Shown in pieces: positions 34,579 through 45,384 of a DNA stretch of 64,000 bases. The stretch lies in the NCBI GenBank assembly GCA_963826525.1, contig CAWGXH010000003.1:512001-576000 (forward strand). Direction: 5' to 3'. The notes under the pieces were generated by a model. It was not told the origin of the DNA. It was given only the letters and a program-made list of their open reading frames with translations, and did no database searches. This DNA comes from an uncultured Methanomicrobiaceae archaeon (GTDB taxonomy: Archaea; Halobacteriota; Methanomicrobia; Methanomicrobiales; Methanoculleaceae). A program made the translations under genes and the position numbers. The first letter of the stretch is position 1; every line of letters starts with the position of its first letter.

Positions 34579-35890
34579 ATGCCTCCCGCACCCGTCCGCT
34601 ATCCGGCGCCCGCGTTCGACGTCTTCAACGTCTATTTCGAGCGGATCTACGATCCGACGATGCACATCCTCTTCGCATTCGACGGCGAGCTCGACGAGGC
34701 GGTCATGAAGGAGGCGACGCAGCGGCTGATCGCCTCGAACCCCTATCTCCGGTCACGGTTCGCGGTGGTGGACGGCCTTCCCGTCTGGGAGGAGACTCCT
34801 GAGGAGCAATGGGAGGGGGCGTTCTCCCTCGTCCCGGCCGGCGATTATGAGCGCGAGCCCCTCGCCGTGCCCCCGGCGCCGCTCGACGTCCGCTCAGGGC
34901 CGCAGATGCGGGTCACGCTCTACCGGCGAAGAGGCGGAGACCTGCTGGCCGTCACCTGCCATCACGGCTTCTGCGATGCCCACGGTGCCGCCACCCTTGC
35001 ACGGCAGACTCTTTGCAGTCTATAGGGGAATTCTGGAGGGCCCTGACTATAGGCCTGCCCTCACGGGTGCCTACGATCGGAGCACGGATGGAATCCTGGC
35101 GCTCTATTCCGAGAACGAGCGAAGACAGGAGCAGGGCGAGGAAGGGCCCTTCGTCGACCGGTGGCGCTTTCCGAACGAGCGGACCCGCCGGGGGACGCCC
35201 CGCATCGCCTACCGGACGCTCCCGCCCGAGCGCCTCCGGGCCGCAAAGGAGTTTTGCAGACAGCACGGGTCTACGGTGAACGATCTCCTCATCGGCGCGT
35301 ACTTCCTCGCCCTCATGCGGATCCGCGGCGACCCTTCCGACCCGGGAGCGTCCCGCTCGATCCTGACCTCGGCGGACCTCCGCAGCGGGTACCTCGATCA
35401 CCCGGAGGAGTGCCCGCCGATGAACCTCTCCGTCGCCTTCGAGGTCGCCCTCTCGCTCCCGGAGGGTGCAGATCTTGCGGATGTCATCGGCCGGGTGACG
35501 GCGGTAATGGCCCCCCGCAAGGCAGGGAACCTCGGCCTTGGATGTATTCTCTTCTACGAAGATGTCATGGTGGGCGGGATGCCGGCGGTGGATGCGTTCT
35601 TCGACGAGATGATGGAACGGTATCAAGCGTCCTGCCAGAAGAACCCGGTCTTCTCCAACCTCGGGATCATCGACCCCGACGACTACCTGCCCGTTCCCGG
35701 GAAGAGCGGCGCTCCCCTCGACCTTCGGGACGTCCGGTACCTCCCCTGCGTCTGCTGGCCGTACGGGTTTCTGATGACGGCCTCCACCTTCCGTGGCCGC
35801 ATGACGATCACGGTGGCATATGAGGAAGGGCCGTACGCGGCGGCCACCGTGGAGCGGTTCCTCGGGTACGTGGACGAGTACCTCCCGTGA
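34579..35890 (+). CDS. Stand-alone condensation-domain / CoA-dependent acyltransferase, frameshift near 35000
   Basis: HHGFCDA (HHxxxD), TVNDLLIGAY, ADLR and FSNLG motifs across ORFs 34579..35025 and 34847..35890. Confidence 0.8.
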
Positions 35891-36403
35891 TCCCGAACGG
35901 TGCCGACCGGAAATGTGGCGGATGCGGGCGAGGGGGAATTACCGCGGCCCTTCGATCGTATCCTTCGCCTCGCCGGAGCCTCCGGCCGACTCATATAGCC
36001 TTCCGTTTGGACGTCGGGTAGCCGCTCTCTTCCGTATATACCTGATAGGAAGGCGCACTCAGTTGTTCGGCCATCTCTTCTCCCGGGCTGCGGTCTTTGG
36101 TGATCCTGACGGTATGGTATGGTTCGCTCAGGGCAGCGTGCGGGGAGCACCGGTCAAAGCGTGGTTGAACACGATCCCGGAGGAAGTTCTGCAGTTTCCT
36201 CCCAAAGATGCCTCGCGGCGGACTCATGCGTGCGAGCAGCACCTCCCGGCCGGCTCGTCGTTCCGCGGCGGATCTGCCCCTTCGATACGGAAGCAAACGA
36301 TACGTCGAGTTACCGAAAAGACTATGATCCACGAGTGCTTTAATCGTCCACCCTCGGTTTGTCGGACGACGAGCAGCTGCGAGGGGTGGAGGAGGAGTAC
36401 ACC

Positions 36404-37087
36404 ATGGTGCTGTCAGACGAAGAGATAAAAAAACGAATTGTCGACGAGCTGTCCTGGGACACCAGTATCGATGCCTCGAAGGTCCAGGTAAAGGTTGATG
36501 ACGGGGGGGTAACGCTCTCCGGAGCAGTAACTTCCTATGCCGATCGGCGAAGGGCCGAGGATGCCGCGTGCAGGATAACGGATGTTTCATGGGTGGACGA
36601 TCAACTTTCCGTTAGGTTCCTGCCGACCGTGACCGTTCCCGACGATGCCGACATTCGGCAGACCGTATTGAACTACCTCTCCGACAATCCCGACCTGGAT
36701 ATGAGCGATATCCGGGTATCGGTGGGAATCGGCATCGTTACCCTGGAAGGTTCGGTGGACGAGTACTGGAAGAAGTATGAGGCGGAACGCCTCGTCTCCA
36801 GGGCACGAGGGGTCATCGACGTCATCAACGAGATCACCGTGGTCCCGACCATGAGCATTGCCGACAGGGCGATTGCGGATGACGTTCGGTCGGCACTAGA
36901 GCGCAATTTCAATGTGGATATCGAGGATGTGACTATCGAGGTGGAGGACGGCGTGGTGACCCTGTCCGGGACGGTCCCGAACTGGACTGCCCGGCGGGCG
37001 GCACGAACCGCGGCGGAGCTCACCAGGGGAGTCGTGGATGTCATCGATCAGTTGACCATCCGGACTGCTTCGGCGATACCGGCATAG
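36404..37087 (+). CDS. Triple BON-domain protein (OsmY-like)
   Basis: Three repeats of D..I...V...L...V.V.V.DG.VTLSG.V...GVVDVIDQL; GGAGG upstream of the ATG at 36404. Confidence 0.9.
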   Translation: MVLSDEEIKKRIVDELSWDTSIDASKVQVKVDDGGVTLSGAVTSYADRRRAEDAACRITDVSWVDDQLSVRFLPTVTVPDDADIRQTVLNYLSDNPDLDMSDIRVSVGIGIVTLEGSVDEYWKKYEAERLVSRARGVIDVINEITVVPTMSIADRAIADDVRSALERNFNVDIEDVTIEVEDGVVTLSGTVPNWTARRAARTAAELTRGVVDVIDQLTIRTASAIPA

Positions 37088-37105
37088 GCATACCGTTCGT
37101 GAACT

Positions 37106-37140
37106 GCCCCGCGCCTCCCGGGCGGGGCTTCCTGCTTTTC
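37106..37140 (+). terminator. GC hairpin with T-rich tail after the BON gene
   Basis: GCCCCGC-N9-GCGGGGC followed by TTCCTGCTTTT. Confidence 0.45.
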
Positions 37141-37286
37141 TGACGATAGGTGCATCACCGGGGTGTGATGGAGAGGCATCGTCTCCGCAGGCTCAAGAGG
37201 ACTGCTGCAGGGTTTTTCCACCGGCAGTTCTCTCATGCTCCCTGCGATCCGGTTGCGGGTTACGGATTTTACCGGCAGCGATTTGA

Positions 37287-37620
37287 ATGTTTTTCGCCCC
37301 CATCCTCGCGCTCGTGGATGAAATGCTGACGGAAGAACCCTGGGAGGAGTTTTTAACGGTTTTTTCCGGCAGGTATGCCTTCTATGCACCTGATGACGAG
37401 CGGAAAACGCTGGAAGAGGCGGGGCTCACCCCCCTGCGGGTCGAGCTGATCCCGAAGGAGATGGTCTTTGAAGAACCGGACGACCTGGCTCCTGTACCTG
37501 GAGCGGCTGCCCGAACAGGCGCGGTCGGCTTTCATCGCCGGCGTGGTGGACCGCTACGTGAGCAGATACCCCCCGGCCGACGACTGCATTCATATCCCGA
37601 CGATTCTGCCGTATCTCCTG
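37287..37620 (+). pseudogene. C-terminal relic of a trans-aconitate-methyltransferase-like gene
   Basis: LEEAGLTPLRVELIPKEMV...TTWLLYLERLPE...FIAGVVDRY resembles the C-terminus of that family. No N-terminus; frames broken. Confidence 0.5.
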
Positions 37621-37739
37621 AATCTGAACGGTATCCTTCAGGTTGTATCTCCGCCGGAACCCGCCCTCCGGTATCGGCGTTAAAACCGGAAAAGAGATGT
37701 AATTTGCCTATATTTCAGGACGGGGTGGGTTTTATCCCC

Positions 37740-38939
37740 TCATGCCAGATCGTTGCGCCGGAGGAACTCCCGGATTGCCCGGGACTCGACCCATCCCTCG
37801 TCGAGCTGCCTGACGATATCGTTGATCCGCCTCACCTGCTCCCGGATACTCACGGCGGTCTTCTCGTCGTCGAGCAGGTCTGCCCGGGCCAGGATCACCT
37901 GCAGGGGATGGCGGACGTGGTCGCCGAGGATGGCGAACTGTTCCATGTTCTGTTCGATCTGAGTATACGCCTGGCGCCGGATCGCTTCGTGGTGTTTCCG
38001 CTCGGTGACGTCGTGGGCGACGACCGTCGCACCGAGCGGCCTCCCCTGCTCGTCAGCGGTGAACGTTACGTCCAGGACCGCATTGATTGTCCGGTTATCC
38101 TTCGTTCTTATTGAATATTCGACATTCCTATCCGGTTCTTCCCCGCTCATCCATCCGGAGATTCTGGCCTGGAAACGAGTCCTGCCTTCCTCATCCGTAA
38201 TATCGAACGGATCCATCGCAAGCAGCTCTCCCCGGCTGTACCCGAGCATCTGGCACATGGCATCATTTACCGAGGTAAATCTCCTGGTCCTGAAATCAAT
38301 CTCATAGATCCCCGTCGGCGCAGATCGGACGAGTTCCCTGTATTTCCGTTCGGCCTCTTTGAGCGCTTCTTCTGCTCGTCTCCGCTCGGTGATATCCAGG
38401 AAGACGGCGACACCATACCGGATTGCCCCTCCCGGACACGTGATGGGCGCAGCGCTGACCGCCAGAAACCCGGTGGTGCCGTCCGCCCGGACGAATGCGA
38501 TCTCCTCGTTTGTGATCTGCTCTCCCCTGGCGATCGACCGGGAGAGCGGCCACTCGTCAGGCCTGTATGGGCGGCCGTCAGGGTGCAACCCGATCTCTCC
38601 GAACCGCTCCTGCAACTCGTCGGCGGGGAGGTGATGCTGCCGCAGGATGCGGTTGACCTGTTTATTGCCGAGGACGAGCCTTCCGGACGGTGCTTCTGCG
38701 ACGACCACGCCGGCCGGCATCTGGTCGATCACCGCCCGGAGCATGGCACGCTCGGTCTCGACCTCATCCGTGAGACGCTCGCACTCCTGCTCGGCTTCGC
38801 GGGCACGTTCTTCAAGTGCGCCGATCCGGTCTACAAGAGTATCGATGAGGCGGCGATCGGCGGGATCAGCCCGTTCCCGGAGTCTCTGCAGGGCGGCATG
38901 CCCCTGTTCGTCTGCGTGCGTCTTGGCGGATCCGCTCAT
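37740..38939 (-). CDS. PAS-PAS protein with HisKA-like tail and no HATPase
   Basis: Intact 399-aa ORF with two PAS domains, tail MEQFAILGDHVRHPLQVILARADLL...FLRRNDLA. Confidence 0.85.
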   Translation of the reverse strand: MSGSAKTHADEQGHAALQRLRERADPADRRLIDTLVDRIGALEERAREAEQECERLTDEVETERAMLRAVIDQMPAGVVVAEAPSGRLVLGNKQVNRILRQHHLPADELQERFGEIGLHPDGRPYRPDEWPLSRSIARGEQITNEEIAFVRADGTTGFLAVSAAPITCPGGAIRYGVAVFLDITERRRAEEALKEAERKYRELVRSAPTGIYEIDFRTRRFTSVNDAMCQMLGYSRGELLAMDPFDITDEEGRTRFQARISGWMSGEEPDRNVEYSIRTKDNRTINAVLDVTFTADEQGRPLGATVVAHDVTERKHHEAIRRQAYTQIEQNMEQFAILGDHVRHPLQVILARADLLDDEKTAVSIREQVRRINDIVRQLDEGWVESRAIREFLRRNDLA

Positions 38940-39016
38940 GCATACACCTCGTGTATCCCCTGATCTTCACCGCCAGCCTTCATGACCTTTCCGCTTCCGG
39001 GCACGATCCCCTTCGC

Positions 39017-40738
39017 TCAGGCACGATCCGCCTTCCGAAGCGTGAACCGGAACGCCGCTCCTCAGGGACCCGTACTCATCGACCCAGACCTTCCCGCCGC
39101 AGCGCTCGACGAGCGTCCGGACGATGAAGAGCCCGAGGCCTTCGCCGCTCCCCCTGGCCAAGCCCCGCTCGAACCGGGTGAAGAGTTTTTCCTTCACCTC
39201 GTCCGGGATACCCAGGCCGGTATCCTCGACGAGACCAGCACCTCGGTGTCCTGCCCCTTGACCAGGATGTCGATCTTGACACCGGGACCGCCGTGTTTCA
39301 CGGCGTTGCCGATGAGGTTCGTGAAGACAGTCGGGAGGAGACCGTCTGCCAGCACATCGACCGGCGAGCCGTCATAGCGGATCGATGCACCGGGGAAGGC
39401 TTCAATCTCACTTCGGATGACGGCATCGAGGTTCACCGGCACCAGGTTGCCGGTCTCCTCCGAAGCCCGCCGGATGGTGGCGACATTTCGGAGGATCTCG
39501 CTGCTCCGGTCGATGCTGTCGTGCAGTTTTCGGGCGTAGAGCCTACTGATCGCCCGCAAGCCAGTTCGACCAGGAGGTCGGCGTACATGCTCGAGACGTT
39601 GTTCGCATTCCGGACATCGTGCGTCATGATGTCGACGTACATGTTCGCCTCGTCGCGTGCCGCCTCAACCTCCTGACTCTTCCTGATAAGGTCGTCGGTG
39701 CGGCGCTGAAGTGCGTCTTCCGTACGTTTCCGGTCGGTGATATCGATAAAAACCCCTACCGCGCCAGTGGGACCTGCCGTTCTCATCCAGCAGCGGTACG
39801 GCATTGCCGAGCAGGTGGTTAACCGTCCCGTCATCAAAGGCCATATCGAGTTCGAACATCTCTACCGGCCGGCCGGTGGCGGCGGCTCTCTGAATCGGAA
39901 GTTCCTCCGGCGGAATCTCGACGCCGTCTTTCATCAGACGGAAATGCTCCGGCCGCTCTCCTTCGGGTGCTGATTTTGAGAGGTTGCTTCCCGGTGGCAT
40001 ACGGAGCAGATCGTAAGTGTATCTGCTGCCGAAGATGGATCGGCATTCGGGATCGAGTGCGATGAGGACCACGGCCGGCACCGCTTCCATGACCGCTTGC
40101 AGCTCCTGCGCCCGCCTCCGCTCCCGCTCTTCGCTCTCCCGGAGCGCCCTCTCCGCAGCCTGCACCTGGCGGGAGATATCGGTGACGGCAACCCGGAGCC
40201 GGGGCGTATCGCCGCCTGCGACGCTCTTCCCCTCGAGCAGCACCCAGGCGGGTTCGCCCTCCGCCCGCTTCAGCCGGACGTCGCAGGCCGTTTTCGTATC
40301 CGCATTCCTTGTCCGGGCAAGGAACTCGTTGAACGGCTGGATATGCTCCCGTTCGAGGAAGAACTGCAGCCGTGCTCCGATCAGCCGTGCCCGTTCCCTG
40401 CCGAGCAGCGACGCCCCGGCGAAGTTCGTCTCCAGGATCTCGCCCTTCAGATCCAGCGTGAAATACCCGATCGGCGCGAAGTCGTAGAGGTCGCGGTACT
40501 TCTCTTCGGAGATCTGCAGGTCGCGGTGCATCTCCTGCAGCGCCTCGTTCTGGAGCTCGAGTTCGACCTGGTGCACCTCGAGCTCGTGGCAGAGTCTTCG
40601 CACGTCCTGCTCCGGAAGGTCGCCGGCGTGTCCTTTCTCCCGCACTTCATCCTCGGCGCGTCGCCGGAGGTCTGGGTCTGACGATCTCTCCTGTATGGTG
40701 ATCAGTTCACTCGGGTGCGGTCTCCTCATCCGTTTCAC
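39017..40738 (-). CDS. PAS-PAS sensor histidine kinase with several frameshifts and small deletions (possibly a pseudogene)
   Basis: ELEVHQVELELQNEAL coiled coil, 2 PAS, H-box THDVRN, NLIGNAVKH, GEGLG across ORFs 39665..40738, 39433..39837, 39194..39559 and 38967..39197. Confidence 0.78.
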
Positions 40739-41039
40739 CGCCCTCTGCTTCCGGACGGCCGGTGATGTCCTCGATGGCGAGCAGGATCAGGTTGGGCCGG
40801 TTGCGAAGGGGATCCGCCGGCATATGCGTGAAGAACTGTTCGAGCGCCTGCAGCCCTCCCGACGATGCCCCGATCCCGACGATGCCCCGATCCCGACGAT
40901 GCCCCGATCCCGACGATGCCCCGATCCCGACGATGGCGCGAGGTACTTCGCTCGATCGACCCCGGATTCGTGTGTGTTCCTGGTCTCTGTATTCTGCGTC
41001 ATGGGTCGTTTCCCGAAAAATTTTGCCGAAGGTTTCCAT
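40707..41039 (-). pseudogene. Internally deleted CheB-CheR fusion relic
   Basis: IVGIGASSGGLQALEQFFTHMPAD (CheB N-terminus) joined directly to LILLAIEDIT, the typical last PAC strand of CheB-CheR-PAS fusions. Confidence 0.7.
40858..40935. repeat. Perfect 17-nt tandem repeat CCCGACGATGCCCCGAT, 4 full units + 10 nt
   Basis: Units at 40858, 40875, 40892 and 40909, partial unit at 40926; no spacers. Confidence 0.95.
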
Positions 41040-41322
41040 CTCCCCTTGCCGTGCACCACCGCCGGTGGAAGGGAGGTGCCGGGTTGCTATATTAATATAG
41101 AGTGGGTGGGCGATGCTGCTTTAACTCTTCGTTCGCACCACACCTCTCCTCTGAGATGCGTTCTCTGGGAGAAAAACCCTGCAGGGCGGCCTGCGTAGGC
41201 GAACAGAGCGTTTCGAGGGACAGGTTTGCGTTTCCCCCGACGCTTTCGCTGCACACGGAAAATGCGCCCCTCGTGGGGGCGGCAAAAGAATGTTCGCAGA
41301 ATAGCCCTCTTCCAGGACGGAA

Positions 41323-41342
41323 GAGAGGGGGCGACCCCTCTC
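41323..41342. terminator. Hairpin GAGAGGGG-GCGA-CCCCTCTC
   Basis: Perfect 8-bp stem immediately after the stop of the minus-strand relic at 41341. Confidence 0.45.
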
Positions 41343-41485
41343 ACCCGAGCGCCGGCATGCCGTCCGCCGGAGGCGCTCTGACCGTGGTGCGGATAGCGTC
41401 GTCCTGCTAGGCTCGTGATCCGGACCGCATCACGGGAGAACGTGATGTAGTAGATCTCGCCGGACGGGTCGTGGCAGTGTTGGAC
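41341..41485 (-). pseudogene. C-terminal relic of a conserved Methanomicrobiales hypothetical protein
   Basis: CHDPSGEIYYITFSRDAVRITS/QDDAIRTTV...ADGMPALG* with an internal frame break and no N-terminus. Family recalled from memory, not searched. Confidence 0.5.
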
Positions 41486-41760
41486 CATCTGTTAGGAGAT
41501 GATTCGCTATCCGGCAGTATAGGCAACTTCGATATCTTTCTGATTGCAGATCAACTACCCCGCCGATCCCGCGTCCGCCCGGAGCATCGCATCGCGCGCG
41601 AGATGCCCGGTTTACGTCTGAAAACGCTAAAGTTATGCACGTGCACGCATTTCCGGCCGAAAGGGGGTGTCCCCTCCTCTCCCGGCCCCGGAGGACACTT
41701 CCCCAATTTCGACACCCTCAACGCCGATACCGCGCAGTCATGCGCAGTCATGTACTGCGT

Positions 41761-41976
41761 TCAGAACTCTTCATTGATGCCGAATCCGTACGCTCGCAGA
41801 ATCGCGCTGCCTCGCTGTTCGGGATACGCCGTCAGTACGAGCCCCCGATCTTCGAGAAAGCGTTCGGCAGTCGCGATAGAGATGATCTCCAGGCTTTCGT
41901 CTTCACCGGGGTAATTCGACCATTCATACAGGTAGTAGAGATCCGGCATGCCCCCCCTGTTCGTGGAGATCAGCAC
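41761..41976 (-). CDS. Hypothetical protein (possibly N-terminally truncated)
   Basis: ORF with protein-like composition (DLYYLYEWS...AERFLEDRGL...YGFGINEEF). Confidence 0.4.
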   Translation of the reverse strand: MLISTNRGGMPDLYYLYEWSNYPGEDESLEIISIATAERFLEDRGLVLTAYPEQRGSAILRAYGFGINEEF

Positions 41977-42070
41977 CTCGCCGTCCCGGAAGTGCGAAGT
42001 GCTCAGGATCGCTCCGACCCTGTCTTTTTATAGCAGTCCGTCTTCACTGCCGGGGTGAAGGGGGGAGAAG

Positions 42071-43144
42071 ATGAAAGGCCTGGCAATGGTACGGATCGGG
42101 GAGATAGGATGGATAGAGAAAGACCGGCCCGCGTGCGGTCCCAGGGACGCTATTGTGAAACCGCTGGCGCTGGCGCCGTGCACTTCCGATATCCACACCG
42201 TCTGGGAAGGAGCGATCGGCGATCGGCATAATCTCATCCTGGGGCACGAAGCGCTCGGGATTGTAGACGAAGTGGGAAGCGACGTTAAGGATTTCAAACC
42301 CGGCGACCGGGTCATCGTACCGGCTATCACGCCCGATTGGGACTCGGAAGCCGCACAGCGCGGGTTCCCGTCGCAGACCGGCGGGCCCCTTGGGGGCTGG
42401 AAGTTTTCGAACTTTAAAGACGGCGTCTTCGCCGAATTTTTCCACGTGAACCTGGCAGACAGCAACCTCGCCCATCTGCCGGACGGCATGTCCCTGGAAG
42501 CAGGGGTTATGCTCCCGGATATGCTCAGTACCGGCTTTGCGGGCGCTGAAAACGCATCCATCGAGTTCGGGGCTACGGTAGCGGTCATAGGAATCGGGCC
42601 GGTCGGGCTCTGTGGTGTCGCCGGTGCGAGACTCCGGGGTGCCGGCAGAATATTCGCCGTCGGTACGAGGCCGGCCGCGATTGAAGTAGCGAAAGCGTAC
42701 GGTGCGACGGATATCATCAACTACAAGAAAGGAAATACTGCAGAACAGATTCTTGATGCAACCGGCGGAGCAGGCGTCGATGCCGTCATTATCGCCGGTG
42801 GCGGCCCTGACGTTATCATGGACGCAGTCACCATGGCGAAAGCCGGATCGGTGATCTCGAACGTGAACTACTTCGGGAAGGGAATCGGTGACAAAGATAT
42901 CCTCCCGGTTCCCCGTGTCGGGTGGGGATTCGGCATGGCGGACAAAGATATCGCGACCGGACTCTGTCCCGGCGGAAGGGTGAGAATGGAGAGGCTCGCC
43001 GAAGTCGTGATGCATGGACGCATGGACCCGTCACTCATGGCGACGCATGTCTTCAAGGGTTTCGACACGTTGGAAGAGGCGCTTCTCCTGATGAAAGAGA
43101 AGCCCCGGGACTTGATTAAACCGGTCGTTCTTCTGGACCGGTAA
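42071..43144 (+). CDS. adh: Zn-dependent NADP-type secondary (isopropanol) alcohol dehydrogenase
   Basis: Closely resembles the Thermoanaerobacter/Clostridium beijerinckii ADH family: PCTSDIH, ILGHE, VPAITPDW, GWKFSN, PDM, GIGPVG, VGTR, INYK, LCPGG, KPRDLIKPVV. TTTTATA about 40 nt upstream and a T-tract after the stop. Confidence 0.93.
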   Translation: MKGLAMVRIGEIGWIEKDRPACGPRDAIVKPLALAPCTSDIHTVWEGAIGDRHNLILGHEALGIVDEVGSDVKDFKPGDRVIVPAITPDWDSEAAQRGFPSQTGGPLGGWKFSNFKDGVFAEFFHVNLADSNLAHLPDGMSLEAGVMLPDMLSTGFAGAENASIEFGATVAVIGIGPVGLCGVAGARLRGAGRIFAVGTRPAAIEVAKAYGATDIINYKKGNTAEQILDATGGAGVDAVIIAGGGPDVIMDAVTMAKAGSVISNVNYFGKGIGDKDILPVPRVGWGFGMADKDIATGLCPGGRVRMERLAEVVMHGRMDPSLMATHVFKGFDTLEEALLLMKEKPRDLIKPVVLLDR

Positions 43145-43224
43145 CTCACCGAACCTTTTTTCTTTCTGCAGAGATTCGCCGACCGCGTCCATCCCGCTGC
43201 CCCGGTATCGGAACAGCACCCGCC

Positions 43225-43400
43225 GTCTTTTCGCCACTCCTCCTCCGTCAGCCCGTAGAGTTCGTAGACCAGCCGGTCGGTTGCGTCGATCATCCCGGCG
43301 AGCACCTCCTTCTCATGCGGAGCCTTCGCCGCCTGGAGACGTCTGTTCAGGTCGAGCATTTCCCGGGTAATTTCTCTCATGATCTGCTCCTGTGCGGGTG
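43225..43400 (-). pseudogene. Extreme C-terminal relic of a type IIG / Eco57I-TaqI-like R-M protein
   Basis: MLDLNRRLQAAKAPHEKEVLAGMIDATDR-LVYELYGLTEEE is the characteristic terminal helix of these enzymes; the rest is absent. Confidence 0.65.
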
Positions 43401-43905
43401 GACCAAAACGATCGCTCCCGAGGCGGCGACGCCTCAGTTCGGGCATCAGGCCGTCGGCGGGTTCCCGTAGGTAAAAGAGATGGGCGAGCGGGGTTATATG
43501 CGAACCGCGCTCAGTGAATGTGACTTATTGGGAACGGTTCCGAGGAATGCTTTATTTCGCCGCTGCCGGTGACAGCTCTCCGGCAGGATGGCCTTGATCG
43601 CCGGGAGAGTCCGGGCATCGGGGGCTGCATTCGTGAGTGCGGGTGTTTCGGAGGATATGCGTGGACGGATGTGATATCCCAGAATACCTCTGCATCCATG
43701 AGGGACCTGCCGATGGAGGGCGGACGTTCCCCGCTGCGAGAATAAACGGAGGAGATGCCACGCCTTTGCGGCACCGGCGGACTCTGCTGCGATAGCCCCT
43801 CACCTCCCCGCCTTCCTGCGGTAAGAGCACCGCCGGTACGATTCGCATGGTTTAACCCGCACCCGGAGAAACCTCCTGCTGTCACATAGTTCAGAGGCTA
43901 TTCCC

Positions 43906-45108
43906 ATGCACACCGATACCATTCCACGCACACTATCGATCCTTGTTGCGGCACTCATGCTGGTCACGCTCTGCGTTCCGGCTGCCGCCGCCCCGGCTGC
44001 CTCCTGGAACATTACCCGGCTCTCGCCGGACGCCGATGACTGTGTCATCCCGCAGATCTCGGGCGATTACGCCGTCTGGGCGGCGTATTTCAGGACCCTT
44101 GAGACAGAGAACGATACTCCCACGGGCATCGTCCTGCACGCGATCGCGACGGGCGAGAGCCGGACGCTTGCATCCTCGGAGAACGGAACGAAACCCTGGG
44201 GTCCGGACATCTCCGGCGACTCGGTGGTCTGGGTCGACGAGACGGAAGGGGACATGAAGATCCACCACTACGCGATCGGCACCGGCGCAGATACCGTACT
44301 GGCGGAGAGCGAAGACTCGCTCGGGTGGCCGTCGGTCTCCGGCGATGCCGTGATCTGGACCGAGAGCCCCGGCGGGAACCGGACCGATATCCGTCTCCAC
44401 GACCTTTCCACCGGCGAGGCAACCACCCCGGTCTCGGTCGGTGCAGAGTTTGTGCTGGCCGAGATCGACGGTGACCGGATCTGCTACCTGAACCTGGATG
44501 ACGGCATCCTGTCCGTCTATAACATCACGTCCGGGGAGACCGCCCGCATCTCGGGAGAGGGCGTAAGTCCGCTCGAATTTGCGATATCCGGAGACCGTGT
44601 CCTCTGGATGGACGAATCCGACGGTCGGAGCGATGCCGGGTTTTTCATGAACACTACCCTGTACCTCTCCTCCCTTGACACCGGGACGAACGAGGTGCTC
44701 GACCGGTCCGTCAATTTCCTGGCATCCGGCAACATGAGCGCCGACGTGAACACCTATACCATCGGCTATCCCGCTCTCGGCGGGGATACTGCCGCATGGA
44801 CCCGGAAGAGCACGGTTGCGGGAAATGATACCGCCGTCATCCAGGTCTGCGATCTTGCCGACGGCACGCAGTCGTCCCTGCTGCGGGGACGGCAGACCAG
44901 CCGCCTCGCGACGGATGACGGGAAGCTCATCTGGGAAGAGGACACCGGCGACGTGCTGAAAAACGCCATTATGCTCGCCGAAACAGGGTCGTCACCCGTC
45001 TCCGGCACACCGGCAGCACCCCCCGCCGAGGAGGCACCGGGGTTCGGCATCCTGATCTCGGCAGCCGCGCTCCTTCTCGCTTGCGTTCTCGTGAGGATGC
45101 GCAGATAA
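43906..45108 (+). CDS. Secreted TolB-like beta-propeller surface protein with PGF-CTERM sorting signal
   Basis: Signal peptide, PxISGDxVVW repeats, C-terminal APGFGILISAAALLLACVLVRMRR. T-tract after the stop. Confidence 0.88.
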   Translation: MHTDTIPRTLSILVAALMLVTLCVPAAAAPAASWNITRLSPDADDCVIPQISGDYAVWAAYFRTLETENDTPTGIVLHAIATGESRTLASSENGTKPWGPDISGDSVVWVDETEGDMKIHHYAIGTGADTVLAESEDSLGWPSVSGDAVIWTESPGGNRTDIRLHDLSTGEATTPVSVGAEFVLAEIDGDRICYLNLDDGILSVYNITSGETARISGEGVSPLEFAISGDRVLWMDESDGRSDAGFFMNTTLYLSSLDTGTNEVLDRSVNFLASGNMSADVNTYTIGYPALGGDTAAWTRKSTVAGNDTAVIQVCDLADGTQSSLLRGRQTSRLATDDGKLIWEEDTGDVLKNAIMLAETGSSPVSGTPAAPPAEEAPGFGILISAAALLLACVLVRMRR

Positions 45109-45384
45109 CTCCGGTCACTTTTTTTCTGCCCTGCATAAACCGTTCCATTTCAATCTCTACCACCACGGCGTGAAGGAAGGTCGACCGTGCGGCCGCGATG
45201 CATCTGCGGGCCGGCGAGGGATGGCGGATCTGCGTTGGGTGGACGTGGTGCTGCCCGACCGTTCCTCTCAGTGGAATTGGTCTTAACCTCATTATTCCGG
45301 CAGAATAACCTTATCCAGCCATCCCCTGCGAGGCGAAAACCGGCACCCATATCATCCCGCTCTCCGATCTCTTCCCGGAGCAGC

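Noticed and set aside
40858-40935. Possible CRISPR array
   Set aside because: Units are 17 nt, contiguous with no spacers, derive from cheB codons, and no cas genes are present.
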